From Bacilli bacterium (GTDB lineage: Bacteria; Bacillota_I; Bacilli_A; RF39; UBA660), in contig CAAGCO010000020.1 in the NCBI GenBank assembly GCA_900768345.1, forward strand, positions 68,002 to 132,001: a stretch of 64,000 bases of DNA. Reading direction: 5' to 3'. This document shows, piece after piece, positions 20,091 through 29,831 of the stretch. A program made the translations under genes and the position numbers. The notes below the pieces were generated by a model, which was given only the letters and a program-made list of their open reading frames with translations, had not been told where the DNA came from and did not search any database. The number at the start of each line of letters is the position of its first letter. Positions within the stretch are counted from its first letter, which is position 1.

Positions 20091-20168
20091 AAATACTAGA
20101 AAGTAATCAAGAAAAAATAACTATGTAATAAATTATGAATTTAAAAAATTATTAATCATAAAATTAAT

Positions 20169-20780
20169 ATGCAAGAGTTTATTATAAATATAATGAATAG
20201 TTATGGATATCTAGGAGTATTTCTATTAATATTAATTGAAAATATTTTTCCACCAATCCCGTCAGAAGTAATATTATTATTTGGTGGATTTATGACTACG
20301 TATACTAGTTTAAATGTTTTAGGTATGACTATGTCTTCTACATTAGGCTCAGTTTTAGGAGCACTTATTCTCTATAAAATCGGCAACTTTTTTAATGAAA
20401 AAACATTAAAGAGATTAATTCATACAAGACTAGGAAAACTATTAAGGATTAATAATAGTGATATAGACTCATCATTTAATTACTTCCAAACTAAAGGAGA
20501 AAAAACAATATTTTTTTGTAGATTCATTCCACTTATTAGAAGTCTTATCTCACTACCAGCAGGTATAAATAAAATGAATATAACAAAGTTTACTATTTAT
20601 ACAACACTAGGCTCATTAATATGGAATATAGTTTTAATAACACTAGGGCATATAGTTGGAAGTAACTGGAAAAGTATCTTAAAAATATTTGATTTATATT
20701 CTACTTATGCAGTAATAATTATATTTATAATATCAATAGTTTTAATAATTAAATTTTATAAGAAGAAACTTAAAGAGTAA
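20169..20780 (+). CDS. DedA/SNARE-associated family membrane protein
   Basis: YGYLGVFLLILIENIFPPIPSEVILLFGG DedA signature, 203 aa. Confidence 0.75.
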   Translation: MQEFIINIMNSYGYLGVFLLILIENIFPPIPSEVILLFGGFMTTYTSLNVLGMTMSSTLGSVLGALILYKIGNFFNEKTLKRLIHTRLGKLLRINNSDIDSSFNYFQTKGEKTIFFCRFIPLIRSLISLPAGINKMNITKFTIYTTLGSLIWNIVLITLGHIVGSNWKSILKIFDLYSTYAVIIIFIISIVLIIKFYKKKLKE

Positions 20781-21054
20781 AGAAAAAACTACTCTTTTAT
20801 GTTATAATCAAAAAAGAGGTAAGAAGTATGAAAATAATATTTAAAAAGCTAAATGGACACTATTTGATGAAAATGAAATAAGTAATTTTAGACACTACGC
20901 TATAGAATTATTTCCAGAACTAGAATGATAACAGACCCAGTTTTAAATAGTGAACCATTTAATAGTTTATTTCCATTTAATGAAAAAGCATACGATAGTT
21001 TCTATAAATTAAAAGATATAAACTATGAAATAATTGGTGTAAATAGGAGAAATA

Positions 21055-21783
21055 ATGAAATTATTAAGTGATATAGGAACAGAATCTATTGTATATGCTA
21101 ATGATAATTATGTATACAAGATATTTAGAAAAGATTATAAATTAAGTCATAAAACACCACAAGAATTAGAATTCTTAGCTTCATTAAAAACAACTAGAAT
21201 CTTAATGCCAAGTTCATTAATTATGGAAGACAATGAGTTAAAGGGATATAAAATGCCGTATATAAAAGGAAACATGGATATATTAGATACTCCTATGAGA
21301 GAATTAATCGATGAGTTACACCTTATCGATGAAGACATTAAATTACTAAGTAACTCATTAGTAAGATTGATGGATATAAATAAAGAAAATACGATTTTTA
21401 ATGGTAAGTTATATTTAATAGACCCAGGGAATTATTTTATAAATGATATAAAAGCTCTTCTTCCATATATAGGAAATAAAGAACCAACTCCTGAAGAAAA
21501 AATTGAATTAATTGAAGCATGGAACTATGATAAACTAAACAAATTATTAGATGAACTATTGTTTATTAATAATGATGAAATAGATTTCTATTTGCTTAGA
21601 AAAATAATAGAATTTTTTAATCAAGAAAGAGCTAAAAAAAGACTTAAATCTAACTTAGGTATATTTGAATTATACTTTGATAAATCACTAACAGTTAGAG
21701 AATCAATAAATAAATTTATAAAAGAATATATAAAAATAGATGAAAAAGAAAGACAAATGATAATATCATTAATACTAAAATAA
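21055..21783 (+). CDS. protein-kinase-like fold protein (small atypical kinase / CotS-like)
   Basis: N-lobe-like IGTESIVYANDNYVYKIF, catalytic-loop-like MDINKENTIFNG and LYLIDPGN (DxG). Confidence 0.35.
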   Translation: MKLLSDIGTESIVYANDNYVYKIFRKDYKLSHKTPQELEFLASLKTTRILMPSSLIMEDNELKGYKMPYIKGNMDILDTPMRELIDELHLIDEDIKLLSNSLVRLMDINKENTIFNGKLYLIDPGNYFINDIKALLPYIGNKEPTPEEKIELIEAWNYDKLNKLLDELLFINNDEIDFYLLRKIIEFFNQERAKKRLKSNLGIFELYFDKSLTVRESINKFIKEYIKIDEKERQMIISLILK

Positions 21784-21859
21784 ATGAATATTAATATGAA
21801 AGATAATATGATATAATAATGAAGAAAAGCACTTTTAGAGCAATTAAGGAGTGATGAAA

Positions 21860-22717
21860 ATGAACGAAAATAGAACTAACATAAATTGGTATCCAGGACA
21901 CATGGCCAAAACTAAAAGAGAAATAAGTAGCATAATGGGAATGGTAGACATAGTTATTGAAGTAATAGATTCAAGAGTACCATTTTCAAGTAGAATACCA
22001 GATTTAAAAAAATTAACAAGAGAAAAGCAAAATATAATAGTATTTAATAAATATGATTTATGTGATAAAAAAGAAACCGAAAAATGGATTAATAAATATA
22101 AAAGTGAAGGGTACATAACTGTCACATGTGATTCTAAAAATTCAAATGATTATAAAAAAATTATTGAAGAAGTAAGAAAATTAATGATAGATGTTAATAA
22201 AAAAAGAGAAGCAAAAGGAATGCTTCCTAAAAAGGCAAAATGTTTAGTGATTGGTGTACCTAATGTAGGAAAAAGTACTCTTATTAATAAACTAGCTGGA
22301 AGAAACATCGTAGGTGTAGGAAACAAACCAGGTGTTACTAAGCAAATAAATACAATTAAAATTAATGAGTTTATGGATCTTTTAGATACTCCTGGAATTT
22401 TATGGCCAAAGTTTGAAAATCAAAATGTTGCTTTAAATTTAGCTTCTATGACAATTATTAAAGAGAAAATTCTAACAATAGAAGAAGTAGCAATTCATAT
22501 ATTAAAGAAACTAGATAAGTATTATAATGAAATATTAAAAAAAGAATTTGGAATAGATTATTATAGTGATGACGAAGTAGAAGAATGTTTTACTAAAATA
22601 TCTAAATGTAAGAATATCCCAGTAAATGGTGAAGTAGATTATGAAAGAGTTAGCTTAGTAATATTAAATTCTATTAAACAAGAAAAAATAAAAGGAATTA
22701 CATTCGATAGAGTGTAA
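21860..22717 (+). CDS. rbgA: ribosome biogenesis GTPase A (YlqF/RbgA)
   Basis: NWYPGHMAKTKRE, circularly permuted GTPase motifs (NKYDL... IGVPNVGKSTLINKL... GVTKQ). Start at ATG 21860 (RBS AAGGAG 9 nt upstream). Confidence 0.8.
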   Translation: MNENRTNINWYPGHMAKTKREISSIMGMVDIVIEVIDSRVPFSSRIPDLKKLTREKQNIIVFNKYDLCDKKETEKWINKYKSEGYITVTCDSKNSNDYKKIIEEVRKLMIDVNKKREAKGMLPKKAKCLVIGVPNVGKSTLINKLAGRNIVGVGNKPGVTKQINTIKINEFMDLLDTPGILWPKFENQNVALNLASMTIIKEKILTIEEVAIHILKKLDKYYNEILKKEFGIDYYSDDEVEECFTKISKCKNIPVNGEVDYERVSLVILNSIKQEKIKGITFDRV

Positions 22718-22811
22718 TTTTTTATATGTATCAAAAATGTAACATAATTGTTGACTTATATATTTAACTATGATATAATGTACACGTAATCAAAAGGGGG
22801 TTTTGATTTTT

Positions 22812-23387
22812 ATGGGACAAACTTTAAGAGATAGAAGAGAGGCTTATGCAAGAGCAGATCTTGAAATGAACTTTAAAAAATTTACTCAAGAACTTGGAAA
22901 CGCTACAACTGGAAAAGTTGTTGCAAACAGTATATGTTATGGAACAAATACTATTGAAAGTGCCAAAAAAACAATTGCGTTAGTTAAAAAAATATTCGTT
23001 GCTAATGGTTTTACTGAAGAGCAAGCAGTTGAATACATTAATCAAAATAAATATGTATTTGAAGTAGGTTATGCTAAATTAGTATCAATGTTAGCAATAT
23101 TATCAATCGGAGGAGTAGATAATAAAGCTGTATTTGAAGAACCTAATTATTTAATTAGAGAGCAACACAATATTGCTAGAATGTATGATGCTGTTAAAAA
23201 AGTAAGAGCTGAAGGAAAAGAAGTAACTATTCCTGAGATTAGAGAGATAGAAAAAGCTAAAGAATCTCCAATTGAATATCCATTAAAAAAAGATAGATTA
23301 GCTATATATCAAAAATTATATTTAGCATCATTAGTTAAAAAAACTAAAGAATTAGAAAATCAAAGAGTTATGAAAAAAGAAGAGTAG
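22812..23387 (+). CDS. hypothetical protein
   Basis: ORF after AAGGGGG. ATG at 22812 preferred over TTG at 22803. Confidence 0.4.
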   Translation: MGQTLRDRREAYARADLEMNFKKFTQELGNATTGKVVANSICYGTNTIESAKKTIALVKKIFVANGFTEEQAVEYINQNKYVFEVGYAKLVSMLAILSIGGVDNKAVFEEPNYLIREQHNIARMYDAVKKVRAEGKEVTIPEIREIEKAKESPIEYPLKKDRLAIYQKLYLASLVKKTKELENQRVMKKEE

Positions 23388-23399
23388 TAACTCTTTTTT
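23379..23399 (+). terminator. rho-independent terminator
   Basis: aagagt-agta-actctt followed by ttttt. Confidence 0.5.
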
Positions 23400-23473
23400 T
23401 GTGAAATTTTAATTTTAAGGTTTACATTTATTTAAATTACTTTTATAATAAATACTCGTACACAGGAGGAAGC

Positions 23474-25792
23474 ATGATTAAAAGTAATTTGCCGGTTATT
23501 TTATTAAAAAATCTTGTACTACTTCCTTATCAAGAGGTTAGAGTTGAAATCAAAAGTGACGTAAGTAAAAAGGTCACTGAGATATCAAAACTATATCATG
23601 ATAACGAAGTATTAATCGTGTGCCCCCTAAATTCTCTTGAAGAAAAGCCTGACACTTCAGATTTACCTAGAATCGGAGTAGTAGGAAAAATAAAAAGTAT
23701 TATAGATTTACCTAATGGAAATATGAGAGTAATCATCTATGGACTCTATAGAGTTAAAGTAATAAGCTATGTAAATTATTCAAATGAAGAAGATATTTTA
23801 GATAGCATAATAACTGGAATAGAAACTCAAGACAGTGAAATAGAATGTTCTGCATATCAAAGAAAATTAATGACAGAATTGGAAAGCTACGTTGATAAAA
23901 ATCCATTTATAACAAACTCAATAATGTCTCAAATAAAAAGTAATGTATCATTAGATAAACTAACTGATTTAATAGGTAATTTCTTACCACTTAGTTTTGA
24001 GAAAAAGCTTAATTTAATGCTTGATGCATCATCAATAAGTAGAAGTAAATTATTAATTAAAGAATTAGCTATTGAAAGCGCAGTAATGGACCTAGAAGGC
24101 CATATAGAAACAGAAATTAAAAAAGGCCTTGATGATACTCAAAAAGAATTTATATTAAAAGAAAAACTAAAAGTAATAAAAAATGAATTAGGTCAAAATG
24201 ATACAAAAGATGACGATGTAGAAAAATTTAAAGAAAAATTAAATGGTGAAGAATTTCCAGAAAGAATAAAGACAAAACTTCTAACTGAAATAGAAAGATA
24301 TAGTGCAACTAGTGAAGTAAGTCCGGATGCTGGTGTTATTAGAAATTATATTGAATATTTATTATCAGTACCATGGTACAAAGAAACAAAAGATGAAAAA
24401 GACTTATTAAAAATAGAAAAGAAATTAAATGAATCTCACTATGGAATGGAAAATGCTAAAACAAGAATTATTGAATATATTGCAGTTAAAAGTATATCTC
24501 CAGAAATAAATAGTCCAATTCTTTGTTTGGTAGGTCCTCCAGGTGTTGGTAAAACTACATTTGCTGAATCAATATCATATGCATTAAATAGAAATTTCGT
24601 AAAAATATCATTAGGTGGTATGAGTGACTCATCAGAATTAGTAGGGCATAGAAGAGCATATATAGGTTCAAATCCAGGTAAAATAGTTTCATCTCTTATA
24701 AGATGTGAAAGCAATAATCCAGTATTTCTATTAGATGAAGTAGATAAATTAAAAAAGGATTATAAGGGTGATCCTGCATCAACACTTCTAGATATACTTG
24801 ACGTAAGTCAAAATAAAAGATTCGTAGATAATTATATTGATGAAGAAATAGACTTAAGTAAAATACTATTTATATTAACAGCAAACGATATATCACAAAT
24901 TCCAGCAGCCTTACTAGATAGACTTGAAATAATAGATTTAACTGGATATACAGATAGTGAAAAACTATTAATATGTGAAAATTACTTAATACCAAATATT
25001 TTAAAGAAAGCAGGACTTAAAAATACAGTAATAAAATTTGAAACACCTGCGATAGTAAAAATCATAGAAGAATATACAAACGAAGCTGGAGTAAGAGAAC
25101 TAGAAAGATGCATAAGTAAAATAACAAGAAAGGTTATAACAGAGCATATAAAAGCATCTAGAAAAATAGTTAGTGTAAGAATAAAAGAAGCAGACTTACC
25201 ACATTATTTAGAACAAGAACTTTATAGTACAAAGAAAGCTAAAAAAATAACATCAACTGGTGTAGTAAGAGCAGTTGCTTGCAATAAATCAGGTGGAACT
25301 ACACTTGATATAGAGTGTTCATCATTTAAAGGAAATGGTAAATACACATTCACAGGGTCACTCGGAGATGTTACAAGAGAAAGCATTGAAGTTGCGATTA
25401 GTTATATAAAAAGTAATAGTAAATTTTTAAATATAGATGAAGATTTTTTTGTAAATAACGATATACATATTCATTTTACTGAAGGAGCTTCACCAAAAGA
25501 TGGACCATCAGCAGGAATAGCAATAACAACAGCAATCTTATCTCATATAAAAAATCAAAAGATAAGCGATGAAATTTCAATGACCGGAGAAATATCATTA
25601 AAAGGTGACGTACTAAAAGTAGGAGGAATAAAAGAAAAGTCAATCGCATGCTTTAGAAATAAAATAAAAACATTATATATACCAGAAGATAATAAAAATG
25701 ATATAGAATGGCTAGAAAAAGATTTAAAAGAAAGTATAGAATTTATACCAATAAATAATTACGAAGACCTATTTAAAAAAATATTCTCATAA
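23474..25792 (+). CDS. lon: ATP-dependent Lon protease
   Basis: Lon N-domain (LPVILLKNLVLLPYQ), AAA+ Walker A GPPGVGKTT, S16 protease motif PKDGPSAGIAITTA (catalytic Ser). Confidence 0.9.
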   Translation: MIKSNLPVILLKNLVLLPYQEVRVEIKSDVSKKVTEISKLYHDNEVLIVCPLNSLEEKPDTSDLPRIGVVGKIKSIIDLPNGNMRVIIYGLYRVKVISYVNYSNEEDILDSIITGIETQDSEIECSAYQRKLMTELESYVDKNPFITNSIMSQIKSNVSLDKLTDLIGNFLPLSFEKKLNLMLDASSISRSKLLIKELAIESAVMDLEGHIETEIKKGLDDTQKEFILKEKLKVIKNELGQNDTKDDDVEKFKEKLNGEEFPERIKTKLLTEIERYSATSEVSPDAGVIRNYIEYLLSVPWYKETKDEKDLLKIEKKLNESHYGMENAKTRIIEYIAVKSISPEINSPILCLVGPPGVGKTTFAESISYALNRNFVKISLGGMSDSSELVGHRRAYIGSNPGKIVSSLIRCESNNPVFLLDEVDKLKKDYKGDPASTLLDILDVSQNKRFVDNYIDEEIDLSKILFILTANDISQIPAALLDRLEIIDLTGYTDSEKLLICENYLIPNILKKAGLKNTVIKFETPAIVKIIEEYTNEAGVRELERCISKITRKVITEHIKASRKIVSVRIKEADLPHYLEQELYSTKKAKKITSTGVVRAVACNKSGGTTLDIECSSFKGNGKYTFTGSLGDVTRESIEVAISYIKSNSKFLNIDEDFFVNNDIHIHFTEGASPKDGPSAGIAITTAILSHIKNQKISDEISMTGEISLKGDVLKVGGIKEKSIACFRNKIKTLYIPEDNKNDIEWLEKDLKESIEFIPINNYEDLFKKIFS

Positions 25793-25832
25793 AGAATATT
25801 TTTTTTCATATATTTTATTGAAAGGAGAATAT

Positions 25833-26528
25833 ATGAGAGAAATTATTACAATTAAAAAAGATATTATATTTAAAACAAAAATAGGTGAGTTAAATAATAT
25901 AAGTTTAGACCATGACTATAAAATAAATGATGATGTTATTACAGGTACTGTTGCTATAAGTGGTACTTATAAAATGACAGAAGCAAGCGTTATAGAAGAA
26001 GAATTTTATTACACAATACCATTTGAAGTAGCTATATCAAAAAGAATAGATAAAGATACAATAAAAATAGATATAGATGATTTTAAATATACAACTGAAA
26101 AAGATATATTAAAAGTTAACATTGATTTAGAATTATCATGTGAAGAAACAAGAGAGGAGGAGCCTATAAAAGAAGAATATGATCTTGATAACTATATAGA
26201 TAACTACTTTGAAGATAAAAAAATAAATTTACAAAATGAAGAACACAACGAAGAAATAAAAGATAACAATATAAATACAACCATAGATACAGACATAAGC
26301 TTTGAAAAAAAAGATATAGATTTAAATAATAATATTAATAACATTACAAATATAATAAATAGTGAAAATAAATACTATACATACAAAGTATATATAGTTA
26401 GAGAAGGAGATACAATTGAAACTATATGTTCAAAATACAACATCGATATAAATGATATTAAAGAATATAACAATATAAATGAAATAAATGTAGGAGACAA
26501 AATAATAATTCCACAAATAAATGAGTAA
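25833..26528 (+). CDS. LysM-domain protein (SpoVID/SipL-like morphogenetic protein candidate)
   Basis: C-terminal LysM: YKVYIVREGDTIETICSKYNIDINDIKEYNNINEINVGDKIIIP. Acidic N-terminal region. Confidence 0.5.
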   Translation: MREIITIKKDIIFKTKIGELNNISLDHDYKINDDVITGTVAISGTYKMTEASVIEEEFYYTIPFEVAISKRIDKDTIKIDIDDFKYTTEKDILKVNIDLELSCEETREEEPIKEEYDLDNYIDNYFEDKKINLQNEEHNEEIKDNNINTTIDTDISFEKKDIDLNNNINNITNIINSENKYYTYKVYIVREGDTIETICSKYNIDINDIKEYNNINEINVGDKIIIPQINE

Positions 26529-27339
26529 AAAATTTATTAATAAAGTAATAATTGATAAAGATAAAGTTATTAAAAAAAGAAATGATGATGTAATAGAACT
26601 ATATGATTATTTAGAAACTAGGAATTTTGATAATTTTCCAAAAATAATATCTAAAGATGATAGAAATATAGAATATGAATACATTGAAGAAAAAAAGTAT
26701 CATGAAGTAACTAACGGAGTAGAGTTTATTAAAACTGTATCTATGCTTCACTATAAAACATTATTTTTTAAAGATGTAAGTAAAAATAAATATAGAAAAA
26801 TATATGATAAATTATCTGATAACATTGATTACTTAAAAGAATATTATGAAAACATGATAAGTGAAATTGAAGAAGAAGAGTATATGAGCCCATCTCATTA
26901 TCTTTTTGCTAGAAACTATACTGCATTAGATAGTTCACTGGTTTATGCTAAAAAAGAGTTAAAAAAGTGGTTTAACATGGTATCAAATAAATCAAAAGAA
27001 AGAGTCTGTATAATACACAATAATTTATCTTTAAAACACTTTATCAGGGGAGAAAAAAATTATCTTATAAGTTGGGATAAATATAAGGTTGATACTCCAG
27101 TTTTAGATATATATAACTTTTATAAAAAAGAAGGTTTTAAATTGGATTTTAAATATTTAATGAAAGTATATAATGATAATTTAGAATTACTAGAAGAAGA
27201 AAAAAAACTTCTTTATATACTTATATCTATACCACCAAAATTAATAAATATAAAAGAAGAACACTTAAATACAATAAATGTAAAAGAGTTCTACGATTAT
27301 ATATATTGTGGGATGGGAATTGTTAATGAAAATAAATAA
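26521..27339 (+). CDS. CotS/YsxE-like spore coat kinase-fold protein
   Basis: 8-nt overlap with the upstream LysM gene, mirroring the Bacillus spoVID-ysxE arrangement. Kinase-like IIHNNLSLKHFI...LISWD segment. Confidence 0.35.
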   Translation: MSKKFINKVIIDKDKVIKKRNDDVIELYDYLETRNFDNFPKIISKDDRNIEYEYIEEKKYHEVTNGVEFIKTVSMLHYKTLFFKDVSKNKYRKIYDKLSDNIDYLKEYYENMISEIEEEEYMSPSHYLFARNYTALDSSLVYAKKELKKWFNMVSNKSKERVCIIHNNLSLKHFIRGEKNYLISWDKYKVDTPVLDIYNFYKKEGFKLDFKYLMKVYNDNLELLEEEKKLLYILISIPPKLINIKEEHLNTINVKEFYDYIYCGMGIVNENK

Positions 27340-27403
27340 TCTACATAAGTAGATTTTTATTTTTTTTTGTTATATAATTAATACATAATAAGGGAGTGAA
27401 AGA

Positions 27404-28636
27404 ATGAATAAAAAAGGTTTTATATCAATGACATTAGTATACACTTTTTTAATTTTATTCTTATTTTTAATGCTTAGTGTAATGCATGCATATTCAGAAA
27501 AAAATAAGTTTTTGGATACTATAAATGATAAAATAGATTTAAGATTGACAACACCAACTAGCTATGGAATGACTATACTACAAGCACTACTAAATAAATA
27601 TGAAGCAGAAGAAAGTGGAATTATAGATTATTCTAAAAATTCTGAAGGTAGTTATTATAGTAATGGTAGTTTAGTTCAAGATATGAGTGCAACTTCAAAT
27701 GGATTTTATTTTACTCAAGTGGTAGAAGACGAAGACAATAATAAAATACATATGACAGAAGATGATAAAACAGTTTACTTTTTTAGAGGCGTAGCAGAAC
27801 AAAATTATATAGAATTTGCTAACTACTGTTGGAGAATATTTAGAAGTAATGAAAATGAGGGAGCTAGATTAGTTTTATATGGTAACTATTCAGAAGGAAG
27901 CGGTTGTACACTAAATAAGTCAATATTACCACAAGCGGCATATAACTTAACATCAAATAATAATGCATATATAGGTTATATGTATGGAAGTAATTCAAGT
28001 TCATATAATACTACTCATGAAAATGTAAATAATAGTACAATTAAATCAGTACTAGATACATGGTATGAAAATATACTACTAGATACAAAATATGAAAAAT
28101 TTATTGATGATAATGTTTTTTGCAACGATAGAGAAATAGGACAAGGTGGTTCATTTAATGGACTTACATATTATATGAATGGAACTGGAACAAGTAATAC
28201 GCTATATCAATCATTTAGAAGAAACGCAACAGGTGGAAAAGGAGGAACTTCAATAAGTATGAGTTCTGCATATCCAGTATTCGTTTGTTCAAATCAAGAA
28301 GACAAATTTACAAAAAACAATTCAAAAGGAAATACAAAATTAACTTATCCAATAGGAACATTAACAGCAGATGAACTAGTAGTATCTGGTACATCATTCA
28401 AAAGTGGAAATAGTTCATTTTTCTTAAATTATGGATTAAATATATGGACAATGACTCCAAGTACATTTACAAGTGGAGAAGCAAGAGCTGTAAGTATGCA
28501 ATTATCAGGAGAATTAGTAGAAGCACCAGTTACAAGGATATATTATGCTTTACCGGTAATATCTTTAAAAAATACAACGTTAATAAGTACTGGTGATGGA
28601 ACAAAAACTGCTCCATTTAGAGTAAAGGTGAACTAA
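27404..28636 (+). CDS. large prepilin-type N-terminal-domain protein (minor pilin / tip-pilin-like, PilK/ComGG-like)
   Basis: MNKKGF-ISMTLVYTFLILF: prepilin leader plus hydrophobic helix but no Glu at +5. 410 aa Ser/Asn/Thr/Gly-rich ectodomain. Confidence 0.5.
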   Translation: MNKKGFISMTLVYTFLILFLFLMLSVMHAYSEKNKFLDTINDKIDLRLTTPTSYGMTILQALLNKYEAEESGIIDYSKNSEGSYYSNGSLVQDMSATSNGFYFTQVVEDEDNNKIHMTEDDKTVYFFRGVAEQNYIEFANYCWRIFRSNENEGARLVLYGNYSEGSGCTLNKSILPQAAYNLTSNNNAYIGYMYGSNSSSYNTTHENVNNSTIKSVLDTWYENILLDTKYEKFIDDNVFCNDREIGQGGSFNGLTYYMNGTGTSNTLYQSFRRNATGGKGGTSISMSSAYPVFVCSNQEDKFTKNNSKGNTKLTYPIGTLTADELVVSGTSFKSGNSSFFLNYGLNIWTMTPSTFTSGEARAVSMQLSGELVEAPVTRIYYALPVISLKNTTLISTGDGTKTAPFRVKVN

Positions 28637-28637
28637 T

Positions 28638-29189
28638 ATGAAGAAAAATGGTTTTATATTTATGGAAAGTTTAACAGTCTTAATAGTAACATTACTTGCT
28701 ACAACATTATTATTAAGTAGTTATTCTCTTTATGTAAGAAAAGCAAAAGAAAAAGAAAGTTATGAGTTACCAAGCGATAGATATCAATTATTTAATATTG
28801 CAACATTAGGTAAAACAGGTACAATAACTAGACAAGATGGCCCAGGATTTATTGCTAATAGAAGAGCATATAATGCTAGTACAAATCCTTATGGATGTGA
28901 AGGTACGCCTATAGCAAATAGACTTAGTAATTGTAGACAAGTATTTATAGATAATAATCTCGTATATTATATATTGATCTATGATATTGTAGAAGAATTA
29001 TCAAAAACAGATGTAACAACAAAATATGATAGTGGAACAATAGAATACTTAAAAACACTAAGAAAATATAGTAAAGAAAATTATGAAGAGCAAAAAAAGC
29101 AAGGACAATCTAATGGATATATAGTTGGTGTATTCTATAAAAATGGTAAATATAGATATGCATCAATTCCACTATATAGTGAAGATTAA
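28638..29189 (+). CDS. type IV pilin-like protein (minor pilin)
   Basis: MKKNG-FIFMESLTVLIVTLL: prepilin cleavage motif with Glu+5. Starts 2 nt after the upstream stop. Confidence 0.5.
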   Translation: MKKNGFIFMESLTVLIVTLLATTLLLSSYSLYVRKAKEKESYELPSDRYQLFNIATLGKTGTITRQDGPGFIANRRAYNASTNPYGCEGTPIANRLSNCRQVFIDNNLVYYILIYDIVEELSKTDVTTKYDSGTIEYLKTLRKYSKENYEEQKKQGQSNGYIVGVFYKNGKYRYASIPLYSED

Positions 29190-29201
29190 AGCAGGTGAGT
29201 T

Positions 29202-29831
29202 ATGAATAAGAAAGGGTTTACACTTATAGAACTTATAGTAAGTATAATATTAGTAAGCATAGTATTAATATCAATGACAGGTACACTTGTTAAATTAAAA
29301 GATACATATAGTGTAGTAAATGAAGATGCGGATGCTAGAATATACGGAGCTACGATTTCTAAGATAGTGAATGATGATCTATTAAAAAATAATGGTATAA
29401 AAACAATAGATTGTAATGAAGATGAAAAAGTAAGTATATGTGAAATATCTATGGGAAATAATAAAAAAAGAACATTAGAAATTTTAAGAAATGAAACATC
29501 TAATGATACAGAAAAAATAACATCAAATGGAAAAGAAATCGGAACTAAAACATATGAAAAAACAACACTAAGATATAGTGATTCAACAACGGGAGATGTA
29601 AAAACAATATTAATAAAAACCATAGAATTAGTTATTAGAACAAACAATGAAGATGGAAATGATAGTGTAACAACTAGTGGATATAAATTTACAACATTAT
29701 CACAAGAATCATTTAAATATGAAAATGTAAATAATAGTACAAAAGTAGACAAAATGACACATATAACAATAGGTCTTAGTGATGAAAAATATAATATTGA
29801 TTTATATTCGTCTGGTACATATGATAATTAA
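29202..29831 (+). CDS. type IV pilin (prepilin-type N-terminal cleavage/methylation domain)
   Basis: MNKKG-FTLIELIVSIILVSIVL: canonical class III signal with Glu+5. Confidence 0.7.
   Translation: MNKKGFTLIELIVSIILVSIVLISMTGTLVKLKDTYSVVNEDADARIYGATISKIVNDDLLKNNGIKTIDCNEDEKVSICEISMGNNKKRTLEILRNETSNDTEKITSNGKEIGTKTYEKTTLRYSDSTTGDVKTILIKTIELVIRTNNEDGNDSVTTSGYKFTTLSQESFKYENVNNSTKVDKMTHITIGLSDEKYNIDLYSSGTYDN

Noticed and set aside
19851-20099. Plus-strand 82-aa ORF between the cluster terminator and dedA
   Set aside because: Composition is Ser/Leu/Ile low complexity. The minus strand here carries the protein-like (though broken) signal, so the plus ORF is most likely the shadow of a decayed minus-strand gene.
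20820-21054. Short overlapping reading-frame fragments upstream of the kinase-like gene (MKIIFKKLNGHY..., ...FDENEISNFRHYAIELFPELE*, ...NSEPFNSLFPFNEKAYDSFYKLKDINYEIIGVNRRN)
   Set aside because: Possibly another decayed gene, but the fragments are short, in three frames and without recognisable motifs. I cannot distinguish them from chance ORFs in AT-rich DNA.
24655-24680. tRNA T-arm-like string GGTTCAAATCC
   Set aside because: It lies in-frame within the lon CDS (codes IGSNPG) and has no surrounding acceptor or anticodon stem structure. Coincidental.
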